Below, in pieces: positions 48,298 to 55,990 of a stretch of DNA of 64,000 nt; position 1 is the first letter of the stretch, and every line of letters begins with the position of its first letter. The DNA comes from a virus (Duplodnaviria > Caudoviricetes): IMG/VR virus record IMGVR_UViG_3300005077_000014, positions 21,375 to 85,374 of that record. One strand, given 5' to 3'. The position numbers and the translations under genes are program-made. The notes below the pieces were generated by a model. The model did no database searches. It saw nothing but the letters and a program-made list of their open reading frames with translations, and was not told where the DNA came from.

Positions 48298-48830
48298 TGA
48301 TTCATCTCCATTTCTTCTCTCCTTTTTCTCTCTGCCTCTTCTTTCGCCATAACTTCAGAGAAAGATTTCCAATGGCGCTCAGTGAAGTGCCGTGTGTAAA
48401 CTTCATCTCTCGGGAGAATTGGCTGACCTTTCTCGTCAACAAACAGTCGATAGTGGCGCACATCAAGCCGTCTTGCTTCCTGAGAAGATGCGGGTTCAAC
48501 CCAGACAAAGCTTTTTGCACCAGCAAACAACAACTCCAGCCATTCGCCGGCCACCTTTTCATCATGTGGCTTCGGTTCAAAATATATGGGGTCTTTAAAA
48601 GACATGGACATGTGGAAACATCGCTCGTAATCGGGATTCTTCCACCAGCCTCCGGTATGATATCCAATGTCTCGGGTGAGTATGATTTCTGCGCAGTCTG
48701 GCACGTAAAAGAAGCAGCATTTTTTGAAATATTCGGTCAACGCCCTGCCGTTCCAAGTTCCAGACATCGCCTGTTCAACCATTATTTTTGCTGCGTTCGG
48801 TCTGAGCCAGTGTTTGTCAAAATGTCTCAT
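48294..48830 (-). CDS. hypothetical phage protein
   Basis: 178 aa; TRDIGYHTGGWWKNPDYERCFHMSMSF. Confidence 0.6.
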   Translation of the reverse strand: MRHFDKHWLRPNAAKIMVEQAMSGTWNGRALTEYFKKCCFFYVPDCAEIILTRDIGYHTGGWWKNPDYERCFHMSMSFKDPIYFEPKPHDEKVAGEWLELLFAGAKSFVWVEPASSQEARRLDVRHYRLFVDEKGQPILPRDEVYTRHFTERHWKSFSEVMAKEEAERKRREEMEMNQ

Positions 48831-49731
48831 TGCTTACCTCTTCACAGTCAAACCTTTCTTCGTCTGGCGCATCAACCTGGCTGGCAATGTCTACTCGGTA
48901 TTTGCGGATTTCGTTGATTATCAGCTTATAATCGCTGTCTGATAGCCAGTGTGGGCATGGAGTGAGAGTCTTCCCGTCTGTGTGGCCTTCGTGATACCCT
49001 GCGCAAGTCTTGAACCGGGCAGCCACAACATTCTTAAGTTTTCCTTCAACACTGAGTTTGGTGTGGCGTCGGTAGAGTCCACCAACCTGACGGACGATGC
49101 AGCCCATTTTTGAAAAACGCTTGACTCCAGGGATGACGCATTCTATCTGGTCGTATGAGAGCATTGCCTGAATGTGAGGCGCAAATTTATCACACAAGAG
49201 CCTGAGATACTGACTGACACGAAGGCTTTTTGATTTCTTCTTGTCGCTTTCCTCTTTCGCTATTTTTGCCGCAATAAAGTTTAGGTTTAAATGTCTTCTC
49301 GGGACATCCACATATAATTGCTCACTGGCTGACGAATTGAGCGCCACTTGAGGCGTGGTGGCTGGCCGAACATTAGCTTCGCCTCGTTTTACGCACCCTT
49401 TCGTTTTCCCCTTATTCTGTTCCCTTGCAACCTTTGCACGTTCGCGCGCCTTGCCCCTTGATGCAGTATCGTATGGGCCATTTCGTGTTCGAGGCTTTCG
49501 TTGTGCTATCTCGATGCCGCGCGCTCGTCTGAGCCTGATAACGTCTCGCATTATAGGCATGTATTCAGCGCCATATTCATTTTTAACGACTTCTCGAATC
49601 TGCTCAATCAACAAGCCCTTTTCATCCAAAGACGCAATCAACGCGTCTCTATCTGTCAGGACTGACGTATCGAGTGTTTCCTGTGTATTCCCCAACATGT
49701 AAGCCTCCAGGAGCAATGTTCGGTGAATCAA
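48817..49731 (-). CDS. hypothetical basic protein
   Basis: 304 aa. Confidence 0.5.
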   Translation of the reverse strand: MIHRTLLLEAYMLGNTQETLDTSVLTDRDALIASLDEKGLLIEQIREVVKNEYGAEYMPIMRDVIRLRRARGIEIAQRKPRTRNGPYDTASRGKARERAKVAREQNKGKTKGCVKRGEANVRPATTPQVALNSSASEQLYVDVPRRHLNLNFIAAKIAKEESDKKKSKSLRVSQYLRLLCDKFAPHIQAMLSYDQIECVIPGVKRFSKMGCIVRQVGGLYRRHTKLSVEGKLKNVVAARFKTCAGYHEGHTDGKTLTPCPHWLSDSDYKLIINEIRKYRVDIASQVDAPDEERFDCEEVSNETF

Positions 49732-49774
49732 AAGACGAAATTAAAATCAAGAGAAAAATGTAAAATAAGACACC

Positions 49775-50431
49775 TTAAAACGCTCTCACCGTCTTGCCGT
49801 CAGTTGTCGTTTGGTTTCCAGTGTGTTCTCCCCAAATGCCCTGGTAATCATCCACTTCGTCGGGTGTGATTTGCCGGAAAATCTTCTCAAACATGCCAAA
49901 CACTTCATCACTGATGAACAGCCCAAAGCTGGCCTGACAAAACTTGAATCCGCGCTGCATCTTTATGAAACCGTCTTCAGCGGTAATGTGAAATTCTCCG
50001 GTAAGCGTGCCTTTGAATCCCGGCGCAATGCGGGCCATCGACAAATCTCCCTGGGCCTTGAACTCAGATGTGCGCGGATCCAAAAAAGCACAAAGGAACA
50101 ATGGCATCGTGACGGTTTCTAGCGAAACGAGCTTGTAAGAGATTCCAGGGCGCAACAGCCAAGTCTCTGGCGTTCCAACCTCGCAAAGTGGCGCAAAGCT
50201 CAATGTGCCAGCCGGTGGAATCATTCGGTCATCTTTCCCGAGAAAAGGGATGTCTCGTGATTTTCTTTGAACCTCGATGGACTCCAGCGTGAACTCAAAA
50301 ACAGACCCCTCTAGTCGCTGGACACGTTTAACCAAATCGTCAATCTGAGCATCTGTCCCACCCACAACGTCAATCAGTGGCGGGTTATGGTCCAATATCA
50401 AGCGGCGAATTGTGCGTGCTGTGAGAAACAT
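49775..50431 (-). CDS. dCTP deaminase / trimeric dUTPase family protein
   Basis: SLETVTMP, PRTSEFK, IAPGFKGTLTGE, FCQASF motifs. Confidence 0.75.
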   Translation of the reverse strand: MFLTARTIRRLILDHNPPLIDVVGGTDAQIDDLVKRVQRLEGSVFEFTLESIEVQRKSRDIPFLGKDDRMIPPAGTLSFAPLCEVGTPETWLLRPGISYKLVSLETVTMPLFLCAFLDPRTSEFKAQGDLSMARIAPGFKGTLTGEFHITAEDGFIKMQRGFKFCQASFGLFISDEVFGMFEKIFRQITPDEVDDYQGIWGEHTGNQTTTDGKTVRAF

Positions 50432-50468
50432 GTGATATCTCTTTCGTTAGTGGTGTGTTGTCGTCTCG

Positions 50469-50642
50469 TTATTCGTGTTCAGCTTCAGCCAAGCCTCGCT
50501 CATATCCTTCAGAGTCGGCATCAGCCATGCATCGATCACAGGGTTCAATTTTCAAGTATCCTGTTGAGCTTTTGCGGGAGACTGTTAGTTCGTCTCCACA
50601 CTCATCACAAATCACAGTTACATCGACCAATATTTCAGCCAT
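50469..50642 (-). CDS. small zinc-ribbon protein (57 aa, not in ORF track)
   Basis: Hand-translated MAEILVDVTVICDECG...PCDRC. Confidence 0.5.
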   Translation of the reverse strand: MAEILVDVTVICDECGDELTVSRKSSTGYLKIEPCDRCMADADSEGYERGLAEAEHE

Positions 50643-50685
50643 CAGGATTATTCCTTTCTTTGTGGAGTTTTTCGTAAATATATTT

Positions 50686-51111
50686 TCAATCCCTCAGTGA
50701 GAAACTGCATTCGCTGTCTTCGCAAAGCGTCCTGGACAAGTCCCATTCAAGAAGTTCGTCAATCGACTCGAAGACGGGAAGGCCAAGCTCGCTTGCGATT
50801 TCAAGCTCTTTTTTAGTTCCCTTGGATGTCTCCCAGCCTGGAACAAGCAAAACGCAATCGGAGACCTTGAGCCAAGCGATAGAGTATGCGTAATATTCCT
50901 CAAGCGTTGTTTCGCCAATCAAAGAGAAAAGGTAATCCAGCCAAGGCGCAAACGGCGCAAATCCATGTTTCAATACCTGGTGCGACACCCTTAACCCTCG
51001 TCTCATGTTGTCCAAAATGGTAATCACGTCAGGCCCAGAATACGGACCAGCCACATAAACCCGAACCATGTCGGTCGTGTCTTCTGTTGTAGTCAGGCTA
51101 TTCTCTTTCAA
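50686..51111 (-). CDS. DUF4406-like / nucleoside deoxyribosyltransferase-like protein
   Basis: VYVAGPYSG...SDCVLLVPGWETSKGTKKELEIA..LGLPVF. Confidence 0.75.
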   Translation of the reverse strand: MKENSLTTTEDTTDMVRVYVAGPYSGPDVITILDNMRRGLRVSHQVLKHGFAPFAPWLDYLFSLIGETTLEEYYAYSIAWLKVSDCVLLVPGWETSKGTKKELEIASELGLPVFESIDELLEWDLSRTLCEDSECSFSLRD

Positions 51112-53423
51112 AATAACGTCTCCTGTGATGCGTTTTTCTCTGCTTCGCGCAGATTTTTGACGGCCATATTGAAATAGCTCGGTTTGAGTTCGCCTCCAAT
51201 GAACTGGCGATTAAATTTCAAAGAAACGACGCCTTCGCTTCCTATCCCGGCGAAAGGTGAATAAACAATGTCTCCAGGGTTTGACCAGAGTTTGACGCAT
51301 CGCTCGATGACTGATAACTGCAAAGGGCACAAGTGGCGCTCGTCTTGTTCGTCGCGAGCACATGCCACATTGAGCACATCACTCTCTCTGATTCCATCTG
51401 GATTGTCTTCTGAGTGCATGAGCCAAACAGGAGAAGCCCATTTAATCCATTCGACGTTGCTTATCCAGCCACCTGATGCGCCTTTGATGTGGTCTGCTTT
51501 GCCAGCTCGGATGGGCTCTGGGTTGTCTCCTGGTTTGCGAAATTGCAAAACGTAATCGGCCATGGCCATGCGAGATTTCGATGAATCAGTGGCAAGCGTC
51601 TTGAAAAGTAAGCCTTGGTCTTTGGTTCGGAGAGCTTTTAATTGCGGATTCTTTTCAATACAGACTTCTCCATAATAAATCCATCCTGCGTCTTCCATTA
51701 TCTCGATGACTTTTCCTCGAAAGTCTTTCAGTCCGACATAGCCATCAATACCCTTGAATGCGATACCTTGTGTCAGGTGGACAGCACAGATACGACCCAG
51801 CTTAGTGACTCGTAACAGGTCCGGGACTAGAAAGCGGTAGTGGTCAAGCATTTCGTCAAAGTTTTTCGTGTTTCCCATGTCGTGGGGGCTGTTAGAATAA
51901 CTATACATGCCTGGAAATGGAGGACTATATACAATCAACCCCACACTTTCATCCTCGATATTCTTAACCGTCTTGACCGAATCCCCTAGATACAGCGTCC
52001 AGCCCTTGCCATCGGCCACGCTTTCCACGTATTCCATTTCTTCTCGTTTAGCTTCAACGGTTTGAAACTCTTTCATGTGATTCAGCATCTCCTTAAACAT
52101 TTGGTCTGCCTGTTGCTCTTTGCGTTTGATGTTTGCGATTACGGAGCCTTCGGCCTCGGAAGTGATAATGTGGACATGAACCTCGTGTTTTTGACCGAAT
52201 CGCCAACAGCGGCGAATTGCTTGGTAGAAATATTCAAAGGAATGGCTTAGGCCAAGAAAGATAACGTTGTGACATGATTGGAAATTCATCCCATGGCCAC
52301 AGATTGAACTTTTGCTAACGAGCGTCTTGATTTCCCCATTGGCGAAGCCAATCATGCTCGATTCTTTATGCTCTGGCGAGTCACTTCCTTTGACTTCAAC
52401 TGCTCCATCGATTGCTTTTGTTGCGGCGGCACTTTCGTCATTCAGGTCGCACCACACAAGCCATTGGTCGTGTGAAGTATCGTTATTGATAAGGTCTGCG
52501 CAGAGCTTTACACGGTCAACTAAACTGCTTCGTCTGGCCTCTCTTTGCTCTTGCAATCCCTTTGCCTCAAGTGTGAACAGCATCCCGTTGTCAAACAGCT
52601 GATTGTCTGTGACATGGTGGTGCATGTGCATGGCCGGCAAAATGAAATCATGGTCATCAAACCCAAGGTCAGATGGGAGCCTGAAGGCACGAGCCCATGA
52701 CGCCAGCCATTTCCAGAAATCTTTTTGAGCGTGGCCCTTGAGTCTCCACTTGTGCGATGTGGCCTTGAAATCTTGAATGAAGAAAATGGCGAGGATTTCT
52801 TTACCCTGCATAACGCCAAGAAACTCAGCGTGATTTATCAGTTCAGACGTGTCATTTGGCGACGGCGTGGCCGTGCAAGCAAGACGATACGGTATTGTTT
52901 GGGCGAAGGATGTTAAGGCAATACGGGTTTTTGCGCCAATTCCCTTTAAAATTGAACTTTCATCAAGCACTATGCCACTCAGCCCCTTCGCCTCAAAATG
53001 ATGCAGCATCTCGTAATTGGCGATATTGACTCCAGGCTGAATGTCGGCTTGTTTGCGGCAAATGTGGACATTAACGCCAAACTTCTTTCCCTCTTCTCTC
53101 GTCTGTTTCGAGACTGCCAGTGGCGCAAATATCAGGACGGGTTGACCTGTGTGGCGTGTAACATGGTCGGCCCATGTGAGCTGCATAAAAGTTTTTCCCG
53201 TTCCGGTGTCTCCAAATATTGCGGCCCTTCCTCGTTTCAACGCCCAACGGACAATGACTCTCTGGAAATCGAACAGAAGCGGGTTGATTGAGTCGATATC
53301 CACGTCAAAGCCAGTGTCTATGTCAACGATTCGCTTGGACTGAATGAAATCGGTATAAGACTTTGCGTGGTCTGTGGTCGTGGTCGTTTCGTTATTTATG
53401 TTAGTGTTGGTGCTTGTTTTCAT
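51108..53423 (-). CDS. SNF2-like helicase fused to N4C/N6A DNA methyltransferase
   Basis: GDTGTGKT, LDESS, CGHGMNFQ, QAIRRCWRFGQ; then YSPPF and YSPFAGIGSEG. Confidence 0.9.
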   Translation of the reverse strand: MKTSTNTNINNETTTTTDHAKSYTDFIQSKRIVDIDTGFDVDIDSINPLLFDFQRVIVRWALKRGRAAIFGDTGTGKTFMQLTWADHVTRHTGQPVLIFAPLAVSKQTREEGKKFGVNVHICRKQADIQPGVNIANYEMLHHFEAKGLSGIVLDESSILKGIGAKTRIALTSFAQTIPYRLACTATPSPNDTSELINHAEFLGVMQGKEILAIFFIQDFKATSHKWRLKGHAQKDFWKWLASWARAFRLPSDLGFDDHDFILPAMHMHHHVTDNQLFDNGMLFTLEAKGLQEQREARRSSLVDRVKLCADLINNDTSHDQWLVWCDLNDESAAATKAIDGAVEVKGSDSPEHKESSMIGFANGEIKTLVSKSSICGHGMNFQSCHNVIFLGLSHSFEYFYQAIRRCWRFGQKHEVHVHIITSEAEGSVIANIKRKEQQADQMFKEMLNHMKEFQTVEAKREEMEYVESVADGKGWTLYLGDSVKTVKNIEDESVGLIVYSPPFPGMYSYSNSPHDMGNTKNFDEMLDHYRFLVPDLLRVTKLGRICAVHLTQGIAFKGIDGYVGLKDFRGKVIEIMEDAGWIYYGEVCIEKNPQLKALRTKDQGLLFKTLATDSSKSRMAMADYVLQFRKPGDNPEPIRAGKADHIKGASGGWISNVEWIKWASPVWLMHSEDNPDGIRESDVLNVACARDEQDERHLCPLQLSVIERCVKLWSNPGDIVYSPFAGIGSEGVVSLKFNRQFIGGELKPSYFNMAVKNLREAEKNASQETLF

Positions 53424-53820
53424 TGCTCTCACTCTTATTTTTCCTGTCTTTGCCTTTAACCTTCTCGCTATTCTCTTCAACTCCTGGCGCAACATACGTT
53501 TTCGGGTTGCACTGCTTCATGATTTGACTGAGCTTTTCTTTGCCCATGCGCTCTTCAGCGAAATCGACAATGAATGCGATTGAGTCCACCATGCGTTGAG
53601 CTTCCTCACGACTCACCTTTGACCCGTCAGCAGTTGCAATCCAAATGTCGAACCTGTGCCTCAGCCAAGCGTAATATGGCCCATCAAGGCGACGATAAGT
53701 GATGCCGTCGCGGGTTATGTCACGAGCAAGAGACGGGTGCCGCAACATGAAGAAATGGTGGAGCGACGTGGACACGTAGAGACAATCGGGGTGCATATTT
53801 TGTTGAGTCGATGTTGTCAT
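53401..53820 (-). CDS. hypothetical protein downstream of the pentamer arrays
   Basis: Up to 139 aa; YRRLDGPYYAWLRHR; true start uncertain. Confidence 0.5.
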   Translation of the reverse strand: MTTSTQQNMHPDCLYVSTSLHHFFMLRHPSLARDITRDGITYRRLDGPYYAWLRHRFDIWIATADGSKVSREEAQRMVDSIAFIVDFAEERMGKEKLSQIMKQCNPKTYVAPGVEENSEKVKGKDRKNKSESNENKHQH

Positions 53821-54138
53821 GTCGTGTCTCGTCCCGTCGCGTCTTGTCTTGTCTCGTCCCGTCGGGTCGCGTCACATCAAATATCACTGTTACTTGTTTA
53901 ACTGTCTAAAAATGCCTTTATGTATTTTTGTCATGTCTTGTTCGGTCGAGTCTTGTCTTGTTCAGTCTTGTCAGGTCATGTCCCGTCGGGTCAAGTCTCG
54001 TCGCGTATCATCATCCAAGAATGCCATTATGTATTCTTGTCATGTCTCGTCTGGTCTTGTCGCGTCTCGTCAAGTCCTGTCTCGGCCAGTCATGTCAAGT
54101 CAGGTTGAGTCCCGTCTCGTCGAATCTCGTCATGTCTC
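53816..54138 (-). ncRNA. pentamer-coded RNA array block A (3 tracts: 53816-53880, 53930-54004, 54039-54138)
   Basis: (NN-GAC)n on - strand, 13/15/20 units, separated by AAGAATACATAA.GGCATTCTT-type hairpin linkers. Confidence 0.8.
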
Positions 54139-54146
54139 AATCAACT

Positions 54147-54734
54147 TCATTCTTTATCACTCTTATTCTTCTTAAACGCTTCCAACGTCTTCATCCACGG
54201 CAGCTTGTTTGCTGTTTCTGTGACTGTTGTCTCGATGCGATCTATCTGTTTTTTGCTTCCGATTTGGCGAATTGCGCCAAGGATGCTAAGGCCGACGTTG
54301 TGTTTGATTTGGCTGTCTGCGGGTAGGTCTTGAAAGCTTTTTACAGCCATCATTTCGTTTGCTGCTCGGGTGGCTTTTCTTCTGATTGCACGTATTGCGG
54401 GCTGTCCAAGCTCGGTTTTTTCTTTGTCGGTGAGACACTTAAGCCCTTTGTCGGGGTGCTCTGCTGTGGGCTTGAAAACGAGCTGATGTGTCTTGAGCGC
54501 TCGCTTTCTGGCTGCGTCCAGGCAATGACGGGCATCTTCCTGAACGTTTCGGGCAAGCATTTTGTTCAGCGTTGCATACGGGATAAACGCTCCAGGCGCT
54601 TGCGTTATTAGATACTCATATAAAATTTGAGTATCAATCGAGTGCTGAAAGAGATTGCGTTTGTCGGTGGTCTGCTCAGAGTCAGTGCGAGCTAGGCTCT
54701 CAATTGCTTTTTGTCTCTGTTCTTCTGGCGTCAT
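54147..54734 (-). CDS. array-embedded accessory protein, possible winged helix
   Basis: 195 aa between blocks A and B, AGGAG RBS; helix-strand-HTH-wing-like N-half, basic C-half. Confidence 0.65.
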   Translation of the reverse strand: MTPEEQRQKAIESLARTDSEQTTDKRNLFQHSIDTQILYEYLITQAPGAFIPYATLNKMLARNVQEDARHCLDAARKRALKTHQLVFKPTAEHPDKGLKCLTDKEKTELGQPAIRAIRRKATRAANEMMAVKSFQDLPADSQIKHNVGLSILGAIRQIGSKKQIDRIETTVTETANKLPWMKTLEAFKKNKSDKE

Positions 54735-54758
54735 GGTCGTCTCCTGTAGTGGTAAGTT

Positions 54759-55124
54759 GTCGGGTCATGTCCCGTCTTGTCCAGTCTGGTCATGTTCAGT
54801 CGAGTCGCGTCGAGTATCACTGTTGTTTGTCTAACCGTCTCAATATACCGTTGTGTTATGTATTCTTGCCTTGTCACGTCTTGTTCTGTCATGTTGTGTC
54901 CCGTCATGTCCCGTCCCGTCACGTATCATCATCTAAGAATGCCATTATGTATTCTTGTCTTGTCTTGTCTTGTCGAGTCATGTAGCGTCGGGTCCAGTCT
55001 CGTCTCGTCTTGTCAGGTATCATTGTTGAATATGCCTTTATGTATTCTTGTCTTGTCTTGTCTTGTCGGGTCATGTCCCGTCTTGTCCAGTCTCGTCATG
55101 TTCAGTCGAGTCGCGTCGAGTATC
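54759..55124 (-). ncRNA. pentamer-coded RNA array block B (4 tracts: 54759-54813, 54868-54922, 54957-55016, 55050-55119)
   Basis: 11/11/12/14 NN-GAC units; each tract opens with GATAC and three end in the hairpin linker. Confidence 0.85.
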
Positions 55125-55136
55125 ACTAATTTCTTC

Positions 55137-55700
55137 CTACTCTTCTGTCCATTGTATATCTTGGAGTGAGAAGCGCCCGAAATAGCCTCGGTTTCTCACT
55201 CTTAACGCTCCGATTCCGATGAATTTTCCAGCGGCGACGATATGTTCTTCAAAGACGCTGGGCGTGAGAATTTCGTCAACCACGAAGTATGTTACGGTTC
55301 CTTCCCATTGCTGGATGACGGGGAAGCATTTTGAGACTCTTTTGCCGTCTCCAGGGACGCCAGATGCCGGGACAAGCAACCACATGCCTTCCAGGTCGTC
55401 TTTGAGTTGCGGGAGCACAATGCCTTCCATGCAGAAAAAACCAGCCTCAAAATGTTTCGTGTAGGTAGATTTCCCTTTGCCGGGTATCTGCTTACCCATG
55501 AATTTTGCTGCTTCCATGACGGTATTTCTCAAAGCCATTGGTGGGATTGTGACTCTTCCATCCGGCAGAGAATGAAACTTCTCTTTCCAGGTCCGCTTCT
55601 CATAATCTTCAGCAATCTCTCTCTCAAGTTTCGGCGTTTGATGATAACGGCCCCAAGATAAAGGGCTGTCACTCTTCAGGGTTACTCTTGCTACTTTCAT
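55137..55700 (-). CDS. stand-alone Cas7/RAMP-like RNA-binding protein (Vipr-like)
   Basis: RAMP hallmarks: beta1 RVTLKSDSPL, IPPMALRNTVMEAA, thumb-like LVPASGVPGDGKRVSKCFP, WEGTVTY, glycine loop AGKFIGIGALR...GYFGRF. Confidence 0.75.
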   Translation of the reverse strand: MKVARVTLKSDSPLSWGRYHQTPKLEREIAEDYEKRTWKEKFHSLPDGRVTIPPMALRNTVMEAAKFMGKQIPGKGKSTYTKHFEAGFFCMEGIVLPQLKDDLEGMWLLVPASGVPGDGKRVSKCFPVIQQWEGTVTYFVVDEILTPSVFEEHIVAAGKFIGIGALRVRNRGYFGRFSLQDIQWTEE

Positions 55701-55743
55701 GATTCATCTTCCTTTCTTGTGTTGTGTTGTTTTGAATTGGGTT

Positions 55744-55972
55744 GTCTTGTCTCGTCTAGTCTCGTCCTGTCTCGTCTAGTCTCGTCCTGTCTCGTCTAGT
55801 CTCGTCCTGTCACGTCATGTCCAGTCAAGTCTAGTCCAGTCGGGGCTAGTCAAGTATCATCGTTATTCGACTAAGTATCTCAAGATGCCATTATATATTC
55901 TCGTCTTGTCGCGTCTGGTCCCGTCCCGTCTGGTCTTGTCTCGTTGTGTCTCGTCGGGTCAGGTCGCGTCAC
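55744..55972 (-). ncRNA. pentamer-coded RNA array block C (2 tracts: 55744-55853, 55903-55972)
   Basis: 22 and 14 NN-GAC units with a variant hairpin linker, between the RecD2 stop and the RAMP gene RBS. Confidence 0.8.
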
Positions 55973-55990
55973 GCGTTAGCCTATTTGTCC

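Noticed and set aside
53480-53500. Partial gapped matches of decoded guides inside the window (A1 GT.GC.CC.GG in ORF 53401-53820; B4 GA.TG.AA.GG near 12882; contiguous GGATCCTTCA near 31179)
   Set aside because: Only 8-10 informative bases each, expected by chance in 64 kb; flanking units do not match
53819-55169. ORFs in the track made of SCLV/SRQV/TRQD repeats (53819-54175, 53920-54108, 53928-54326, 54704-54985, 54731-54922, 54777-55169)
   Set aside because: Translation by-products of the period-5 GAC/NN tracts, which rarely create stops; several frames are open at once and lack RBSs
53816-55972. Reading the tracts as simple microsatellites or a canonical CRISPR array
   Set aside because: Two of five positions vary freely while three are fixed, unlike slippage satellites; the intervening sequences are themselves patterned, linkers vary in length and no cas1/cas2 is present
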